Of a DNA stretch of 64,000 nt, positions 62,150 through 64,000 are shown piece after piece. The stretch comes from an uncultured Trueperaceae bacterium. Its GTDB lineage: Bacteria; Deinococcota; Deinococci; Deinococcales; Trueperaceae. The stretch covers positions 1 through 64,000 of the forward strand of contig CAWFFU010000014.1 of assembly GCA_963815215.1 (NCBI GenBank). The letters run 5' to 3'. The first letter of the stretch is position 1; the number at the start of each line of letters is the position of its first letter. The notes beneath the pieces are model-generated. The model was not told the DNA's origin, ran no database searches, and saw only the letters and a list, made by a program, of their open reading frames with translations. A program made the position numbers and the translations under genes.

Positions 62150-63324
62150 GCGATGCGAAGCGCACAGGATCCGTCCCCGGTGATCTCGAGCCGATGACGG
62201 TGCTCGGACTCATGTCGGGCACCTCGCTCGACGGCGTGGACACGGTCACCGTGAGGCTGGCGCGGCGTGGCGGACGGCTCGACTGGGAGGTGCTCGCGCG
62301 CGGCTCCCACCCCTACCGGGACGCGCTTCGCGAGCGGCTTCAGCGCGCCATCGACCCGGCGCGCTCCGACGTGGTCCTGCTCACCGAGTTGCACCAGGAG
62401 ATCGGGGTGGCCTACGCCGAGGCCGTGGCCGCCGCCGCCGAGCGGCAACCGCTCGACCTGGTCGCTCTCTCCGGCCAGACCGTGTACCACATCCCCCGGA
62501 CCGAGGCCGAGCGCGGCTGGCACGTGGTCAGCACCCTGCAGCTGGGGGAAGCGAGCGTGGTCACCGAGCGCTGCTCGGTGGTCACGGTGTCGGACTTCCG
62601 GCAGGCCGACCTGGCGGCGGGCGGGCAGGGGGCGCCGATGGTGCCCTTCGCCGACCTCCACCTCTACCGACGGCCGGGCGAGCGGATCGCGGTCCAGAAC
62701 ATCGGGGGCATCGGCAACGTCACGGTGCTGCCGGCCGACGGCGATCCGGAGAAGGTGCTGGCGTTCGACACCGGGCCAGGGAACTGTCTGATGGACGAGG
62801 CGATGGAGCGGCTGCTGTCCGAGCCGTTCGACGAGGAGGGCCGGGTCGCCGCCGGCGGGCAGGTGCTCGACGACGCCCTCGAGCGGCTACTGGCCGAGCC
62901 GTACTTCGAGCTGCCGCCGCCCAAGACCACCGGGCGCGAGCTGTTCACGCTGCCGTACGCCCTGGCGCGCGGCGGGCTCGACGGCGCGGCTCCCGCCGAC
63001 GTGGTCGCCACGCTGAGCGCGCTCACCGCCGAGTCGATCGCCCGGGCCTACGAGCGTCACGTGTTGCCCGGCGGCCTCGACGAAGTGCTCGTCGCCGGGG
63101 GCGGGGCCCGCAACCCGGACCTGGTGGGGCGCCTGCGCCGGCGGCTGCCGGTCCCGGTACGCACCTTCCGGGAGGCGGGTTACCAGGACAAGGACCGCGA
63201 GACGCTGGCGATGGCGGTCATGGGGTTCATGGCGATCCACGGGGAGCCGAACGTGCTGCCGGCCGCCACCGGGGCCCGCCACCCGGTCATCGCGGGGAAG
63301 GTGTGCCGGCCCTACCGGGGGTGA
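62146..63324 (+). CDS. anmK: Anhydro-N-acetylmuramic acid kinase
   Basis: GLMSGTSLDGVD, GQTV.H, DFR..D.A.GGQGAP.VP, NIGGIGN, FDTGPGN, PPKTTGRE.F, GGG..N, N.LP.ATGA. Confidence 0.95.
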   Translation: MSDAKRTGSVPGDLEPMTVLGLMSGTSLDGVDTVTVRLARRGGRLDWEVLARGSHPYRDALRERLQRAIDPARSDVVLLTELHQEIGVAYAEAVAAAAERQPLDLVALSGQTVYHIPRTEAERGWHVVSTLQLGEASVVTERCSVVTVSDFRQADLAAGGQGAPMVPFADLHLYRRPGERIAVQNIGGIGNVTVLPADGDPEKVLAFDTGPGNCLMDEAMERLLSEPFDEEGRVAAGGQVLDDALERLLAEPYFELPPPKTTGRELFTLPYALARGGLDGAAPADVVATLSALTAESIARAYERHVLPGGLDEVLVAGGGARNPDLVGRLRRRLPVPVRTFREAGYQDKDRETLAMAVMGFMAIHGEPNVLPAATGARHPVIAGKVCRPYRG

Positions 63325-63330
63325 GTCGGC

Positions 63331-64000
63331 TCAGTCGTCGCCGCCGGCCCGCGCCGGCGCGGGCTGCGCGTCGTGGGCGTCGATCATCTGCTTGAACGCC
63401 TCCATCGACGCCTGGGTGGCGACCACGGTGAGCCGGTCGCCCTCCTCGAGCATGGTGTCGCCGTCGGGGATCGAGGCCCGCTCGTTGTGCATCACCCCGG
63501 CGATGAGGACGTCGGACGGCAGCCGCAGCTCGCGCAGCTTCTTCTTCGTCACCGGGCACCCCAGGGGCACCTCGGTCATGTACACGAACTCGTGGCGGCC
63601 GACCATCGGCACCGGCTCGCCGCGCGACAGCCGGTCGACGAACTCGCGGTCGAGGATGGTCGGGTCGAGCGTGACCACGCGCTGGCGTAGCAGCTTGAGC
63701 ACCGCCTGGTAGTACTCCTGCTGGTGCACCGGGCTGTCGCCGGGGTGGGCGACCTGCCACTCGTACAGGGTGGGGTACTTGGCGCGCCGCGTGAGGGTGT
63801 CCTGGATCACGTAGCTGAGCGACACCGTCAGCATGGTCGGAACGATCAGCCGGTAGCCGCCGGTCATCTCGGCCACCATGATGAGGGTCGCCAGCGGCAC
63901 CCGGGCGGCGCCGGCGAAGATGGCGGCCATGCCGACCACGGCGAGCGCCTCCGGGCTCGGGCCCGACGGCGTGAGGAAGTGCAGGAAGCTGGCCAGCGCG
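63331..64000 (-). CDS. ClC-family chloride channel/antiporter with C-terminal TrkA_C (RCK_C) domain (5'-truncated by window edge)
   Basis: VGMAA.FAG.ARVP.....MV.EMTG.Y.L..P, LYE.QV, then K.LREL.LP.DVLI..V......IP.GDT.L..GD.L.V. Confidence 0.85.
   Translation of the reverse strand, partial: ALASFLHFLTPSGPSPEALAVVGMAAIFAGAARVPLATLIMVAEMTGGYRLIVPTMLTVSLSYVIQDTLTRRAKYPTLYEWQVAHPGDSPVHQQEYYQAVLKLLRQRVVTLDPTILDREFVDRLSRGEPVPMVGRHEFVYMTEVPLGCPVTKKKLRELRLPSDVLIAGVMHNERASIPDGDTMLEEGDRLTVVATQASMEAFKQMIDAHDAQPAPARAGGDD

Overview
Chromosomal window from a very GC-rich bacterium. It is probably a Deinococcota/Trueperaceae-like organism; this is inferred from protein style and apparent leaderless promoters, not verified. 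I see no rRNA, tRNA, CRISPR array, transposase, integrase or phage genes. Content in order: partial nhaB; membrane diguanylate cyclase; MarR/MFS and ABC-2/MarR efflux modules; DUF302 behind a CsoR-like operator; carboxylesterase; DinB-like protein; an MFS fused to a cytidylate-kinase-like domain; a TfoX/ArsR-SRPBCC module with two decayed genes; pgi and a HAD phosphatase; a hexuronate locus (lacI-uxaE-uxuB-like-larA-like-gntK-uxaC, divergent from TRAP dctP-dctQM); a Ugp-like ABC; an aldo-keto reductase; a ~180-bp inverted-repeat element; a GldA/GldF-GldG/DUF4340 ABC system; a 7TM-PAS-GAF-GAF-PAS sensor with no output domain beside a patatin; pckA-YidE-Rrf2; a ~15.5-kb peptidoglycan/amino-sugar scavenging locus; and a partial ClC-TrkA_C gene. 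Two candidates for an under-described system stand out. (1) A hexuronate route with no dehydratase in the locus, in which a LarA-family (nickel-pincer) epimerase would convert mannonate to gluconate for gluconokinase. (2) A cytoplasmic murein-scavenging pathway with a NamZ-amino sugar kinase fusion, a CE7 esterase, an AmiE-like hydrolase, AnmK and MurQ. All family calls come from motif recognition by eye; no database searches were run.
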